The notes under the pieces: generated by a model
Seen by the model: only the letters and a program-made list of their open reading frames with translations
The model's database searches: none
Told to the model about the DNA's origin: nothing
Translations under genes and position numbers: made by a program
Assembly: GCA_003516025.1 (NCBI GenBank)
Contig: CP023991.1
Coordinates: 420,001-452,000, forward strand
Direction: 5' to 3'
Length of the DNA: 32,000 nucleotides
Source: Candidatus Saccharimonadota bacterium
GTDB lineage: Bacteria > Patescibacteriota > Saccharimonadia > Saccharimonadales > UBA4665
Shown here: positions 1 to 9,217 of the stretch, one piece after another
How the letters are laid out: every line of letters starts with the position of its first letter
Position numbering within the stretch: position 1 is the stretch's first letter

Positions 1-32
1 ACCAAAAGTAATAATCGATGGTATAGGTAAGT

Positions 33-911
33 TTATTTTGCGATTTTGCGCAGTACCACCATGCCGCGTCGTACCTGTTCGGCAAAGTAGGGTTTGCCCA
101 CGCCGGGTTGTATCATATGGGCTTCGACAATAGGACGTACCCGTTCGTCAACAGTCCGCCGCCATACGTGATGCATATGCGGTGGTATGCCGGTGCGGTT
201 AGCACTGAGTTTGACTGACATCAGGAAGTCGTCAATCCGATCACTGGTAATACGCGCGTCACAGAACTGTATAACGCTGCGGTCGATAACTTCCAGGTCA
301 CCTACACCGGCAACAATATGGTCGATGTCTTCTAAATAACAGTTTTCAGCCGGCGGTTTGAGAGGTGGTTCCGCATAGCCGTGCTCTTCGTTGAACCATT
401 CGGCGACCATGCGTTCGAATGTATGGCGCCATACGGCATGTTCGCGGCTGTTAGTGCTGATTATTAGCAGACCGTCCGGCTCGACAACCCGTTTCATCTC
501 TCCCAGCATGGCGCTAACTTCAGAAGACCGGAACAGCACGTTATGGCCGCTGGCGACCTTCACGGCATTATCCGGTAGCGGCATGGATTCGCCGCGGCTA
601 TGAACAAACGAAAAGCGGCTTTGATCAAGCCATGGCGGCATGTAAGACTGGTACGCCTCATCATCGCTGTCAAGGCCAATAAGATGTGATGGCACCTCAG
701 TTGCCTGGGCAGATTCAATTACAAAACGGCCGCTGCTGCAGCCGACATCAAGCACGGCATCCTGTGGGGTCAGGTCTGCATACTGCCGGGCTTTTTTAAA
801 ACCTTCCAAATAAAAGTCGACGCCCAGCTCGGCAAAATCATTAATTTCCCGCCTTAGAACCATATCAAAGTATGAGTCGGGTTTCTCGACGGGTATTTTC
901 TCCAAGGCCAT
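33..911 (-). CDS. class I SAM-dependent methyltransferase
   Basis: 292-aa ORF. SAM-binding motif I VLDVGCSSGRF is followed by an acidic LDSDD stretch. A TACTAT -10-like box lies 7 nt upstream of the ATG and there is no SD. Confidence 0.8.
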   Translation of the reverse strand: MALEKIPVEKPDSYFDMVLRREINDFAELGVDFYLEGFKKARQYADLTPQDAVLDVGCSSGRFVIESAQATEVPSHLIGLDSDDEAYQSYMPPWLDQSRFSFVHSRGESMPLPDNAVKVASGHNVLFRSSEVSAMLGEMKRVVEPDGLLIISTNSREHAVWRHTFERMVAEWFNEEHGYAEPPLKPPAENCYLEDIDHIVAGVGDLEVIDRSVIQFCDARITSDRIDDFLMSVKLSANRTGIPPHMHHVWRRTVDERVRPIVEAHMIQPGVGKPYFAEQVRRGMVVLRKIAK

Positions 912-918
912 ATAAAAT

Positions 919-951
919 ATAGTACAACACTTTTTGCAAACACTGTACTAT
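919..951. promoter_or_regulatory. back-to-back divergent -10 boxes (ATAGTA at 919-924 on the minus strand, TACTAT at 946-951 on the plus strand) forming the inverted repeat TAGTACA-N17-TGTACTA
   Basis: The two arms of the inverted repeat coincide with -10-like hexamers. These lie 7 nt from the ATG at 911 (minus strand) and 6 nt from the ATG at 958 (plus strand). Confidence 0.45.
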
Positions 952-957
952 ATGGGT

Positions 958-1626
958 ATGACTCCAGTGCCACGCTCGCCATATCTGTATGCTTTAATGG
1001 AGCAGGGTTTGGTGCGACACCATAGCAAGGGTGCTACATTTACCTCGACCGACGAAGGCGGGGAAGTAATTATGGTCGTTGACGGTTACGTTAAGCGCTA
1101 CTCGATCTTTAACGACGGTTCAACTGCTACTCAAATTATGTATGGTCCCCAAGATGTGTTTCCGCTTACCCGCGTGTTTGATAATCTGCGCCAGCTCAGT
1201 CTGCACGATGGGCCGCAAACGTTTTACTACGAAACGCTTACCGACGCGCACGTTCTTAATACGTCACTCGATGAGCTGAGACAGGTCACCCTAAACAATC
1301 CGTTGGTATACCGCGACTTGTTCACCGAGGCCGGACACCACCTTAAGTGGTGTGTGCATACCATTGAAAACATTGGTTTCAAAACGACCTATCAGCGGGT
1401 AGCTCATCAAATATTGTACTTCGCCCGTGAATTCGGCACGTCTCACGGCCAATCGGTTGTTATTGACGTGCCACTGACCCATCAAGACATTTCCGATATG
1501 CTTGGGACAACCAGGGCTACAATTTCTTTAGCGATTACAAAGCTGAAAAAGGATGGTTTACTCGACGAGGGCAGGACGCTGATGGTTACGGATCTAGTAA
1601 AACTTACCGAAGCTGTTTACGCCTAG
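958..1626 (+). CDS. Crp/Fnr-family transcriptional regulator
   Basis: N-terminal cNMP-binding-like beta-barrel region and C-terminal HTH (TRATISLAITKLKKDGLL). The track ORF starts at TTG 934. ATG 958 is preferred because TACTAT sits 6 nt upstream. ATG 952 is another possible start. Confidence 0.8.
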   Translation: MTPVPRSPYLYALMEQGLVRHHSKGATFTSTDEGGEVIMVVDGYVKRYSIFNDGSTATQIMYGPQDVFPLTRVFDNLRQLSLHDGPQTFYYETLTDAHVLNTSLDELRQVTLNNPLVYRDLFTEAGHHLKWCVHTIENIGFKTTYQRVAHQILYFAREFGTSHGQSVVIDVPLTHQDISDMLGTTRATISLAITKLKKDGLLDEGRTLMVTDLVKLTEAVYA

Positions 1627-1634
1627 CAGCTATT

Positions 1635-1648
1635 GTTCGAATTCGAAC
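1635..1648. repeat. perfect 14-bp palindrome GTTCGAATTCGAAC just after the regulator stop; possible terminator stem or operator
   Basis: Read directly from the sequence. It lies 9 nt after the stop at 1626 and has no T-run. Confidence 0.3.
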
Positions 1649-1741
1649 TGCGTCTATAGTATTTTAATGACAAAATGACCATATCCCGACATAGGCGGAT
1701 TTTTTTATAATCGCAAGGGAACATTTTACAGTAAGGCCGCT

Positions 1742-2386
1742 ATGATCAGTAATCCAACCACGCCAGCATTGTCAGCCTTTTTTCATAATGGCGATGTCCG
1801 GACCGTTAAACAGGGACAAACGATAGTTATCACCGAGCAGGACATGGGTCAGATGTTCTATATCGATCAGGGTTATTTTAAGGCAAGTATAGTGCATAAA
1901 GATGGCCAAAAGAACGTCCTTAACATCCTCGACGCCGGCTGTTTTTTTCCACTGCCGGATCTCGAATCAATCTGGAAAAATATGACATTGAGTTACGAAG
2001 CAGTGGCGGATACGACTATCTATGTCGTACCTACGGAGGGCTACTACCAGGAACGGTTAAGTAATTTTGAATTCGAAGAAGCCGTACATGATTTTTATGC
2101 CTTACAGATATGGGATATGACACAGCGAAGTAAGATGCGGCAAGGTGACACGGTTCATAATATGCTTACCGCGCGGCTAAAGTTTTTGGCGTACCGTTAT
2201 GGTAAGCCGGTTGACCAAAAACTGGTGCGCATTAGCGTGCCGCTTAATGAGACCGATTTAGCCGACTGGATCGCGGCTGAGCCGAAAAGTGTCCGTCAGG
2301 AGCTGTCGACTATGTCGAAGGCTGGCGTGGTGCAGGTAGACGGCGACTTTCTCATTGTAGACAAAGCTGCTTTAAGTAATACCTAG
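1742..2386 (+). CDS. Crp/Fnr-family transcriptional regulator (second paralogue)
   Basis: 214 aa with the same two-domain layout. C-terminal HTH-like segment ETDLADWIAAEPKSVRQELSTMSKAGVV. A TATAAT box lies about 30 nt upstream. Confidence 0.75.
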   Translation: MISNPTTPALSAFFHNGDVRTVKQGQTIVITEQDMGQMFYIDQGYFKASIVHKDGQKNVLNILDAGCFFPLPDLESIWKNMTLSYEAVADTTIYVVPTEGYYQERLSNFEFEEAVHDFYALQIWDMTQRSKMRQGDTVHNMLTARLKFLAYRYGKPVDQKLVRISVPLNETDLADWIAAEPKSVRQELSTMSKAGVVQVDGDFLIVDKAALSNT

Positions 2387-2401
2387 GCAGAGCTGGAGTA
2401 T

Positions 2402-2629
2402 ATGAAGCGTCCAACAAGAATCTTCCGTAAAATAATAGTCATCGCAATAAGCCTGCCGGTGTTCACGGTCGGTATAATCCTGATACCATTGCCGGGACCA
2501 GGGCTGTTGATATGCTTACTGGGTCTTGTAATCTTGTCTCTCGAATTCGAAGGAGCTAAAAAACATCGCGACAATATATGGGGAAAGATAAAAGACATTT
2601 TTAATGCAGCGCGGCAAAAGCGGCAGTAA
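2402..2629 (+). CDS. small PGPGW-type transmembrane protein
   Basis: 75 aa with IPLPGPGLLICLLGLVILSLEF, which matches the PGPGW membrane-protein signature. GGAG lies 5 nt upstream of the ATG. Confidence 0.65.
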   Translation: MKRPTRIFRKIIVIAISLPVFTVGIILIPLPGPGLLICLLGLVILSLEFEGAKKHRDNIWGKIKDIFNAARQKRQ

Positions 2630-2655
2630 AGAACGGCATAAAAGCCAGCAAGTTT

Positions 2656-3774
2656 CTAAGAATTAACCTTATTCCACCAGTGATCTTTTCGTTCGATGTT
2701 AGCGGTAACAGGCATTGATTCGCCGAGTCTAGCCGACACGATGCGTACGCCCGTTGCTTGGGCTGACTTTTCTGCTCGCTGGACCGAATCGTTCCATGGG
2801 TGAAGCGCGAGTACGAAAGCGCCCCAGTGTATTGGAAACAGCCGTTTGCCTCCGAGATCTTCATGAGCCCGGACGGTATCTTCAGGCATCATATGGATGT
2901 TCGGCCATCTTTTATCATACTGGCCGCATTCCATGAGCGTGATATCGAACGGGCCGCATTTTTGGCCTATCTGCTTAAAATGGGGACCATAGCCGGTATC
3001 ACCGCTGAAGAATAATGTCGCGCCAGGTGCTGCTATGACCCAGGAACACCACAGAGTCTTAAAGCGGTCGGTTATAGTGCGTCCTGAAAAGTGGCGGGCT
3101 GGCGTACAGGTTATTTTAAAACCGTCTACAGCAGCCGTGTTCCACCAGTCCAGCTCGGTTATCTGCGCGTCTTTGACGCCCCAGCGGCTAAGGTGGGCGG
3201 CAACTCCCAGTGGCACGAAGAATTGCTGGGTTTTATTACGGATTTTGCGGATTGTCGCATAATCGAGGTGGTCATAGTGGTCGTGAGATATCAATACTAT
3301 GTCGATCGGTGGCAGTTCTTCGGCTGTCATGGGCCGCTCACTGACAATTCGCTTTGGTCCGGCAAATGAAAAAGGCGACGACCGCTTGCTGAGTATGGGG
3401 TCGGTAAGTATTGTCTTGCCGTTTATCCGTAACAACACGGTTGAATGGCCTAACCAGATGAGTTGGGGTGTTTCTGCCGCCAAGAAACCGGCAACGTCAA
3501 CTTTTTGAGCGTTTAGCGGCGGTTTTGGCGCGCGTTTTGATTTGCCCGTCAACTGCTCGCGTATAAGAGAGGCTACGTCACGGGCTGCGACATTCATTGA
3601 AGTCGGAATCTGGTTCGTAAAAATTTGCTTGTTGAAGTTAGGTGAGCTGAGCCATTGCCCACGACGTGACCGGCCACCCAGCGGTGGGTAGAGAGCATAT
3701 AAAACATAGAGGGTTATGGGAATCAATAGGATGAACGGCAGTGGCATAGCTGTATGATACCAAAGGTCCGCCAT
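2656..3774 (-). CDS. MBL-fold metallo-hydrolase (NAPE-PLD-like) with N-terminal TM helix
   Basis: 372 aa with the HxHxDH metal-binding motif SHDHYDHLD and an N-terminal hydrophobic helix. Confidence 0.85.
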   Translation of the reverse strand: MADLWYHTAMPLPFILLIPITLYVLYALYPPLGGRSRRGQWLSSPNFNKQIFTNQIPTSMNVAARDVASLIREQLTGKSKRAPKPPLNAQKVDVAGFLAAETPQLIWLGHSTVLLRINGKTILTDPILSKRSSPFSFAGPKRIVSERPMTAEELPPIDIVLISHDHYDHLDYATIRKIRNKTQQFFVPLGVAAHLSRWGVKDAQITELDWWNTAAVDGFKITCTPARHFSGRTITDRFKTLWCSWVIAAPGATLFFSGDTGYGPHFKQIGQKCGPFDITLMECGQYDKRWPNIHMMPEDTVRAHEDLGGKRLFPIHWGAFVLALHPWNDSVQRAEKSAQATGVRIVSARLGESMPVTANIERKDHWWNKVNS

Positions 3775-3866
3775 GATACGGACATAAGTAATTTATATCT
3801 GCTGCGACTGCATTATAGTTAAACAGGCAATTTCACAACTTCAGTAATAGGTACTACACTATAACG

Positions 3867-4163
3867 ATGAACGTTACGGCAATCCCGCAAAGCGGCAACT
3901 CCGCGAAATTTCGAGTGACAACTAAGTCAGGAGAATTCACTATAGCCCTGTCATTTACCTTGCGCACTAAAATCTGGGTGCTCGCTGACGCGGATGCCGA
4001 ACTGTCTGCCGCCAGGCAACTGGCGGAGGCAATCGTTTCTCGCCATGACGTGTCACTGCCATTTAAGCCCCTCTATATTTTCGCGGAACACAATAGCGAG
4101 CAATCGCTGGAAACGGCAGTCCAGCGCATTCGTAAGTATGGATACGACAGGGAACAAGCCTAA
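3867..4163 (+). CDS. hypothetical protein
   Basis: 98-aa ORF that fills an intergenic gap. No recognisable motif or SD. Confidence 0.4.
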   Translation: MNVTAIPQSGNSAKFRVTTKSGEFTIALSFTLRTKIWVLADADAELSAARQLAEAIVSRHDVSLPFKPLYIFAEHNSEQSLETAVQRIRKYGYDREQA

Positions 4164-4170
4164 AAGCAAG

Positions 4171-4470
4171 CTAGCCGGTTATGTAGCAGACGTAACCCGT
4201 TATGCCAGCCCGGACATCGTATGGAACATTGGCGTTGATGGTCAGGGCATCGCCAGGCTGCAGCGACACGCTGGTCGAATCCTGACGGATCGTTAATGAA
4301 CCTTCAGCGCACCAAAAAGTTACGTCACTGGTCGATATTTGCTGAGACTTTACGCTTAATTCTTCCGCTGTATCGCGCCGGGCCACGAGTTTCCGGCTCT
4401 CCAGAAACGCTATGAGTTCTTCTTCCGAACTCTCATATACTTTTGACCAGCGGGTTTTTCGACTTCTCAT
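4171..4470 (-). CDS. hypothetical protein, possibly a small cupin-like fold
   Basis: 99-aa ORF. The C-terminal LQPGDALTINANVPYDV segment resembles a cupin strand pattern, but the match is weak. Confidence 0.45.
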   Translation of the reverse strand: MRSRKTRWSKVYESSEEELIAFLESRKLVARRDTAEELSVKSQQISTSDVTFWCAEGSLTIRQDSTSVSLQPGDALTINANVPYDVRAGITGYVCYITG

Positions 4471-4515
4471 AGGAGTTTAGTATAGCAAACAACGGTGTTT
4501 TCTGGTGGAGTTTCC

Positions 4516-4974
4516 CTAGACCGCTAAACGGCGCATTTCTTCCAAAAGGACCGATAAGTCATCGATTTGGTGTGAGTATTTTTCAGGTATCGCGGTTTCG
4601 GCAAGGTAATTTGCTTTTTCAACGCTGTATTCAAACAATACTTTGCCGCCCGGCGCTAACTTGACGTAACTAATACGAGCGTCGCGAGGACTGGCTTCGC
4701 GGATGACAAGGCCAATTTTTTCCATTGGCGGCAGTAACTTCGTGACTCCAGATGCCGTCATGCCAAGTCTGTCGGCTAGGTCAATACGCTTCAGTTTATG
4801 ATCGTCGGCCTGATACAAATGGTACAGAATAACAAAATCACTGAAGCCAAGGCCATTCCCAATACTATCAAAACGGCGTAATAATACGGATTGAACTTTA
4901 GACAAGTTCATAAAGAACTTAAGAGAGGGTTCAATTGTTAATTTATCATCTGGTTGTTGAGAAGTACTTGACAT
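4516..4974 (-). CDS. MarR-family transcriptional regulator
   Basis: 152 aa with a winged-HTH core (LKRIDLADRLGMTASGVTKLLPPMEKIGLV). Confidence 0.85.
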   Translation of the reverse strand: MSSTSQQPDDKLTIEPSLKFFMNLSKVQSVLLRRFDSIGNGLGFSDFVILYHLYQADDHKLKRIDLADRLGMTASGVTKLLPPMEKIGLVIREASPRDARISYVKLAPGGKVLFEYSVEKANYLAETAIPEKYSHQIDDLSVLLEEMRRLAV

Positions 4975-4981
4975 GGAAAGT

Positions 4982-5009
4982 ATTATAAATACAGTACATG
5001 TAAAGTCAA
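4982..5009 (-). promoter_or_regulatory. sigma70-like promoter TTGACT-N16-TATAAT placed 7 nt from the MarR ATG (leaderless architecture)
   Basis: The minus strand reads ATTGACTTTACATGTACTGTATTTATAATACTTTCCATG. Confidence 0.5.
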
Positions 5010-5026
5010 TAAGCTAGGCGCTAATA

Positions 5027-5056
5027 TTGACAGTATAGCGAAACCCAGCATACAGT
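5027..5056 (+). promoter_or_regulatory. sigma70-like promoter TTGACA-N18-TACAGT placed 6 nt from the map ATG (leaderless architecture)
   Basis: TTGACA at 5027-5032, TACAGT at 5051-5056, ATG at 5063. No SD. Confidence 0.5.
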
Positions 5057-5062
5057 TAGGCG

Positions 5063-5818
5063 ATGATGACACAAGTAAAAACCCCCGCTGAAATTGCGGC
5101 CATGCGCCAAAGCGGCAAAATAACTGCCTCGATCGTGCAGCTGCTAAAGGAGCGTGTCGAACCCGGCATGTCCACCATGGACTTGGCTTTACTGGCAGCC
5201 GCGGAAATCAAAGCGTACGGAGTTGAAGCGCCGTTTTTAGGTTATATGGGCTATCCGGATGTCATCCTCATTTCACTGAACGATGAAGTGGTGCATGGTA
5301 TTCCGCGGGCTGACAGGGTCATTAACGACGGCGACATCGTGAAACTGGATTTTGGCGTGAAGTACCAGGGGATGATTACCGACCATGCCATCACGACAAT
5401 TGTTGGTAAACCCAGGCAAAAGCGCCACCAGCAATTAGTTGAGCGGACGTTAACGGCTTTGGAGGCCGGTATTATGGCGGTCCATGACAGAGCACGTACG
5501 GGTGATATTGGTGCTGCCGTGCAGGCTGAGTTGGAGCGTTGGAACTACGGTGTTGTACGGGACTTGGTTGGCCACGGCGTGGGCCACTCTGTCCATGAAG
5601 ACCCGGATATTCCTAATTACGGACGTGCTGGTTCCGGGCCGTGGCTCAAGGCCGGTATGACAATCGCGATTGAGCCAATGGCAACGCTTGGTGATCATCG
5701 GGTGTATGTTGCCGATGATGAATGGACGTACTTGACCCAGGATGGCTCAATGGCGGCTCATTTTGAGCATACTGTGCTGATTACCCAAGAGGGCGTTGAA
5801 GTTTTAACGGCGCTGTAA
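5063..5818 (+). CDS. map: type I methionine aminopeptidase
   Basis: 251 aa with typical MetAP-I blocks (VVHGIP, DIVKLDFG, GHGVGHSVHEDP, IAIEPM, HFEHTVLIT). Confidence 0.95.
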   Translation: MMTQVKTPAEIAAMRQSGKITASIVQLLKERVEPGMSTMDLALLAAAEIKAYGVEAPFLGYMGYPDVILISLNDEVVHGIPRADRVINDGDIVKLDFGVKYQGMITDHAITTIVGKPRQKRHQQLVERTLTALEAGIMAVHDRARTGDIGAAVQAELERWNYGVVRDLVGHGVGHSVHEDPDIPNYGRAGSGPWLKAGMTIAIEPMATLGDHRVYVADDEWTYLTQDGSMAAHFEHTVLITQEGVEVLTAL

Positions 5819-5852
5819 CGACGACGCGCCCATTACTTGCTACAATTAAAGT

Positions 5853-6203
5853 ATGGAAACTCCCCGGATATATACAGTCAGTTTCGCGAGTGTCTATCCG
5901 CTTTATATCGCTAAGGCAGAGAAAAAAGGACGCACTCAAGCGGAGGTTGACGAGATCATTGGCTGGTTGACGGGTTATAACCAGAAAGAACTTGAAGTAC
6001 AGCTGGAAAAACAAACACATTTCGAAGCTTTTTTCGCGGAAGCGCCAAAGCTTAATCCTTCGCGCCGGCTGATTACGGGTGTAATCTGCGGAGTACGAGT
6101 AGAAGACATCGAAGAGCCTACGATGCAGGAAATTCGCTACCTGGATAAGTTGATAGATGAATTAGCCAAGGCTAAGCCAATGGATAAAATACTCCGCAAA
6201 TAA
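5853..6203 (+). CDS. DUF2200-family protein
   Basis: 116 aa. The N-terminus ([37 protein letters not shown]) matches the DUF2200 pattern. TGcTACAAT at 5838-5846 lies 6 nt from the ATG. Confidence 0.7.
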   Translation: METPRIYTVSFASVYPLYIAKAEKKGRTQAEVDEIIGWLTGYNQKELEVQLEKQTHFEAFFAEAPKLNPSRRLITGVICGVRVEDIEEPTMQEIRYLDKLIDELAKAKPMDKILRK

Positions 6204-6210
6204 CAGTAAT

Positions 6211-6648
6211 TTATAGCAGTTGCGGCTGCTCTTTCATGGCTGCCGTATAGGTTTGAAAAAAATTTAGGACCGTTAGCTTATCCTCGTCGCGCAGACCTGA
6301 CAGGCCTTTTTTTATACCTGCGGAAGTAAGTTCTATTTGGGTTTGAATGATACCCCGGCCTTTCGGCGTCAGGTGAGCCTGTACGACCCGCCTGTCCAGT
6401 TTGTCGGGAACTCTTGTCACCAAGTCCAGTTCTTCTAGCCTGTCGACTATTGTGCTGACACTTGGCAGAGACAAACCGATCGCCTCCGCGATATCACGCA
6501 TTTTAGGTGGCCTGTCATTAAAAAATATGTAAGTAAGAACTTGGATATTAAGGACTGTCAAGTTGTGTAGCTCCCGGCTGGGACGTTGCTGCTGTGATAA
6601 GCGTCCCAGCTCGCCGAGGAGCTTCGCTATTTCCTGGTCGATATCCAT
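6211..6648 (-). CDS. MarR-family transcriptional regulator (distal gene of the MMPL operon)
   Basis: 145 aa with a winged-HTH core (MRDIAEAIGLSLPSVSTIVDRLEELDLV). Its start abuts the MMPL stop at 6649. Confidence 0.85.
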   Translation of the reverse strand: MDIDQEIAKLLGELGRLSQQQRPSRELHNLTVLNIQVLTYIFFNDRPPKMRDIAEAIGLSLPSVSTIVDRLEELDLVTRVPDKLDRRVVQAHLTPKGRGIIQTQIELTSAGIKKGLSGLRDEDKLTVLNFFQTYTAAMKEQPQLL

Positions 6649-8808
6649 TTAGTTATCGGTCGGGTCTTTACGGGCTACTTGCCGGTGGCTCGGCCACCAT
6701 ACCCACCTGCCAAGCAGTGTTGAAACTGCCGGGATAAGTATCAGGGATATCAGGAAGGCACCCAGCGCGATGCCGAAACTGACGCTAAAGCCCATCTGCG
6801 TGAGTAGGCTGAGGCCTGCCAGCATCAGCGAGGCGAAGGTTCCTGCCAGGATCACTCCGGCTGAAATCAGCGTTGAAGTAGTGTGTTCGATTGTCCGCTT
6901 GGCAGCTATTTTTGGATCGTTACCTTCAACATGAATCTCTTCCCGAAACCGGGTTATCATCAGGATGTTATAGTCCGTACCGACCGCGACCACGAACAGG
7001 TAGAGCAGGATGGGCAGCATGAAGATGAGGCCGGTGCTATCACCGATTCCTACGAACAGGTATGAAGTCGCTCCCAGAGTGGCTAGTACGCCCAGTCCTA
7101 CGGAGAGCAGCAAGTAAATAGGTGCTATCAGGCTGCGGAGTAAAAGCGCCAGGATTACGAATATTATAGCCGCGGCGATAGGAACGATGGTTTTTATGTC
7201 ACGGTTGGTTGCGGCATTCAGGTCCGCGTAGCTGGCGGTTTCGCCACCGACTGCGATCTGCGCGTTTAAGCCCGTACTATGGGCGGCTGTACGAATCGGG
7301 CCAGCTACGGCGTTCATGGCTTTGTCTGAGGTTGGGTCGTCTTTCAAAATTAATGAAATGATTGCCGCTTTACCATCGGATGACAACTGCGCGAGCTGCG
7401 GTGTCGTCGTTTGGCTTGTCGCGCTTGGTTGCGCGGGCATTACATTTGCCACGCCTTCGGCTTTAGATAGTGCCGTAGTCAGGGTGGTGAGGGACGCTTC
7501 ACTCAGCTTAGCGTCACTTTTTACATATACAGTTGTCGGGCTGGCAGTACCGGCCGGAAACGCGCTGGTCAAGTCCTTGAAGCCCTGGCTCGATTCGGTA
7601 TTGCTGGGCAACTGGCTGATCAGGTCGAAGGAAGCTTTGTACTTTGTTAAGCCGGTGGCAAGCGCTATGAGAATGACTGTGCAGGCAATGGTGACCTTAA
7701 GGGGATTGTTGGCGACAAGGCTGCCCAGTTTGGCGGCCAGCGAGCCGGTTTGCTCGGTCTGCCACTTTTTAGATGGCCAGAAGATTTTATCACCGATAAT
7801 TGCCAGCAGGGCCGGAACAAGCGTCATTGCGGCAACCAGCATCAGCAGAACGGATATTACAAGGCCAGGGGCTAATGAACTGAAGAATCCCAACGAAGCT
7901 GCGAACATGGCCGCGAACGCGGCGCTCACGACGAGTGCCGCCGAGAGAATGGCTTCGCCGGCCCGCGTCATGGCGAAACTGACGGCGCCTCTCGTGTGAT
8001 CGCCGCTTCTCAGACGCTCACGGTACCGGAAGAGCAGGAATAGTATGTAATCAGTGCCGATACCGAACAGGACGACGATAAGCAGGGAAGTAAGTTGGCC
8101 GCTGACATTAAAGTCAAACAGCTTAGCCATGAGCGCAAGCAGGGAGCTGGACATTGCGAAGACGATGCCGACGGAAACAAGCGACAGTATGCCGGCAAAC
8201 GGGCTCCTAAAGACAATAGTGGGCAGTAGGAGTATCAGGAGGACGGTTACGAGGCCGACGATCTTTTCAGCGCTTCCGGAGGATTCCTGTGTGTCGAGAG
8301 CAATAGCCGTGTTTCCTGTAACGGCATAGGTCAGGCCGGTACCTTCTACACTACGGCTGAGCTGCGCCCGTAAATCTTTGACTGCGTCGAGCAGTTTTTC
8401 ATCTTGAGGGTCGCCATTTAACTGGGCGCTTGCTAGTTGGATTTGCTTATTTTGAGACAGCATCTGCGGCGCTGAAACAATTGCGCCGACTTTGTCTATG
8501 TGTGCTTCGTTTACTCCAGCAACAATTTCCTGGACTTTTTGCTCGTCAGCTGCGGTCAGCTGCTGATTATTGTCTTTTTTGAAAAGAATAAGGGCTGTCT
8601 GGCCTTCGGATTGCGGGAACGATTCTTTGGCGATCTGTTGCGCCTGCGCCGATTCATATTTTTCCGGCAAGAAACTGGCCTGATCGTTCGAGGTTACGTC
8701 AGCGAGCTTTGGAGAGAAGCCAACGATGGCGATTGCCGCGATAATCCATACCGCGATAACATACCACCTCTTTTTTGTAATAAACTCGGCAAATTTTTGA
8801 AACATCAC
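6649..8808 (-). CDS. MMPL/RND-superfamily membrane transporter
   Basis: 719 aa with two six-helix bundles, each preceded by an extracytoplasmic domain. Conserved GIGTDYILFLL and GTDYNILMITRF motifs. GAGGGTG SD. Confidence 0.9.
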   Translation of the reverse strand: MMFQKFAEFITKKRWYVIAVWIIAAIAIVGFSPKLADVTSNDQASFLPEKYESAQAQQIAKESFPQSEGQTALILFKKDNNQQLTAADEQKVQEIVAGVNEAHIDKVGAIVSAPQMLSQNKQIQLASAQLNGDPQDEKLLDAVKDLRAQLSRSVEGTGLTYAVTGNTAIALDTQESSGSAEKIVGLVTVLLILLLPTIVFRSPFAGILSLVSVGIVFAMSSSLLALMAKLFDFNVSGQLTSLLIVVLFGIGTDYILFLLFRYRERLRSGDHTRGAVSFAMTRAGEAILSAALVVSAAFAAMFAASLGFFSSLAPGLVISVLLMLVAAMTLVPALLAIIGDKIFWPSKKWQTEQTGSLAAKLGSLVANNPLKVTIACTVILIALATGLTKYKASFDLISQLPSNTESSQGFKDLTSAFPAGTASPTTVYVKSDAKLSEASLTTLTTALSKAEGVANVMPAQPSATSQTTTPQLAQLSSDGKAAIISLILKDDPTSDKAMNAVAGPIRTAAHSTGLNAQIAVGGETASYADLNAATNRDIKTIVPIAAAIIFVILALLLRSLIAPIYLLLSVGLGVLATLGATSYLFVGIGDSTGLIFMLPILLYLFVVAVGTDYNILMITRFREEIHVEGNDPKIAAKRTIEHTTSTLISAGVILAGTFASLMLAGLSLLTQMGFSVSFGIALGAFLISLILIPAVSTLLGRWVWWPSHRQVARKDPTDN

Positions 8809-8832
8809 ACCCTCATTTATTTAATCTGTAAT

Positions 8833-8947
8833 AATAGTTAGTATACATTAATTAAATCAACAATCATCAAAAATAGTTCTTATGAATAGTTAATTATATT
8901 ACTGACGAATACCCATCGCGCTGGCATGGTAAGGGTACTAATAGTTA
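8833..8947. repeat. four direct copies of AATAGTT(A/C) in the MMPL upstream region
   Basis: Copies at 8833-8840, 8872-8879, 8885-8892 and 8940-8947, all within a 150-bp intergenic region. Confidence 0.5.
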
Positions 8948-8959
8948 AGGAGATTACCT

Positions 8960-9166
8960 ATGGCAGCAGAAGAATACGACGACCGACGGCATATGCAGCG
9001 AGACATCAGGGACGCACATGTAAGCTCATCGACAGCTAAAACCTTGGCGACATTAGCGTTAATTCTCTCAGCAATTGCTTTAGCTCTATCAGTTATGGCT
9101 TGGAACAAAGCCAATGACGCATGGGGTAATGCGCAGAGAGCTTTAAATACTACGCAAACCCAGTAA
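8960..9166 (+). CDS. small single-pass membrane protein
   Basis: 68 aa. AAGGAG SD lies 7 nt upstream. One TM helix (LATLALILSAIALALSVMAW). A terminator follows. Confidence 0.5.
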   Translation: MAAEEYDDRRHMQRDIRDAHVSSSTAKTLATLALILSAIALALSVMAWNKANDAWGNAQRALNTTQTQ

Positions 9167-9187
9167 CCTTAGCGAACGTGAGTTAAT

Positions 9188-9216
9188 AAAAAAGGCTTCC
9201 TCATGAAGCCTTTTTT
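9188..9216. terminator. bidirectional intrinsic terminator
   Basis: AAAAAAGGCTTC-ctcat-GAAGCCTTTTTT lies between convergent genes. A 12-bp stem is possible, and the A/T runs inside the arms supply a U-tract on either strand. Confidence 0.8.
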
Positions 9217-9217
9217 A

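Noticed and set aside
2069-2551. Recurrence of (T)CGAATTCGAA-type palindromes at 2069-2077 and 2541-2551, matching the intergenic palindrome at 1635-1648
   Set aside because: Both internal copies simply encode Glu-Phe-Glu (gaa ttc gaa) in frame in two different genes. Only the intergenic copy is reported.
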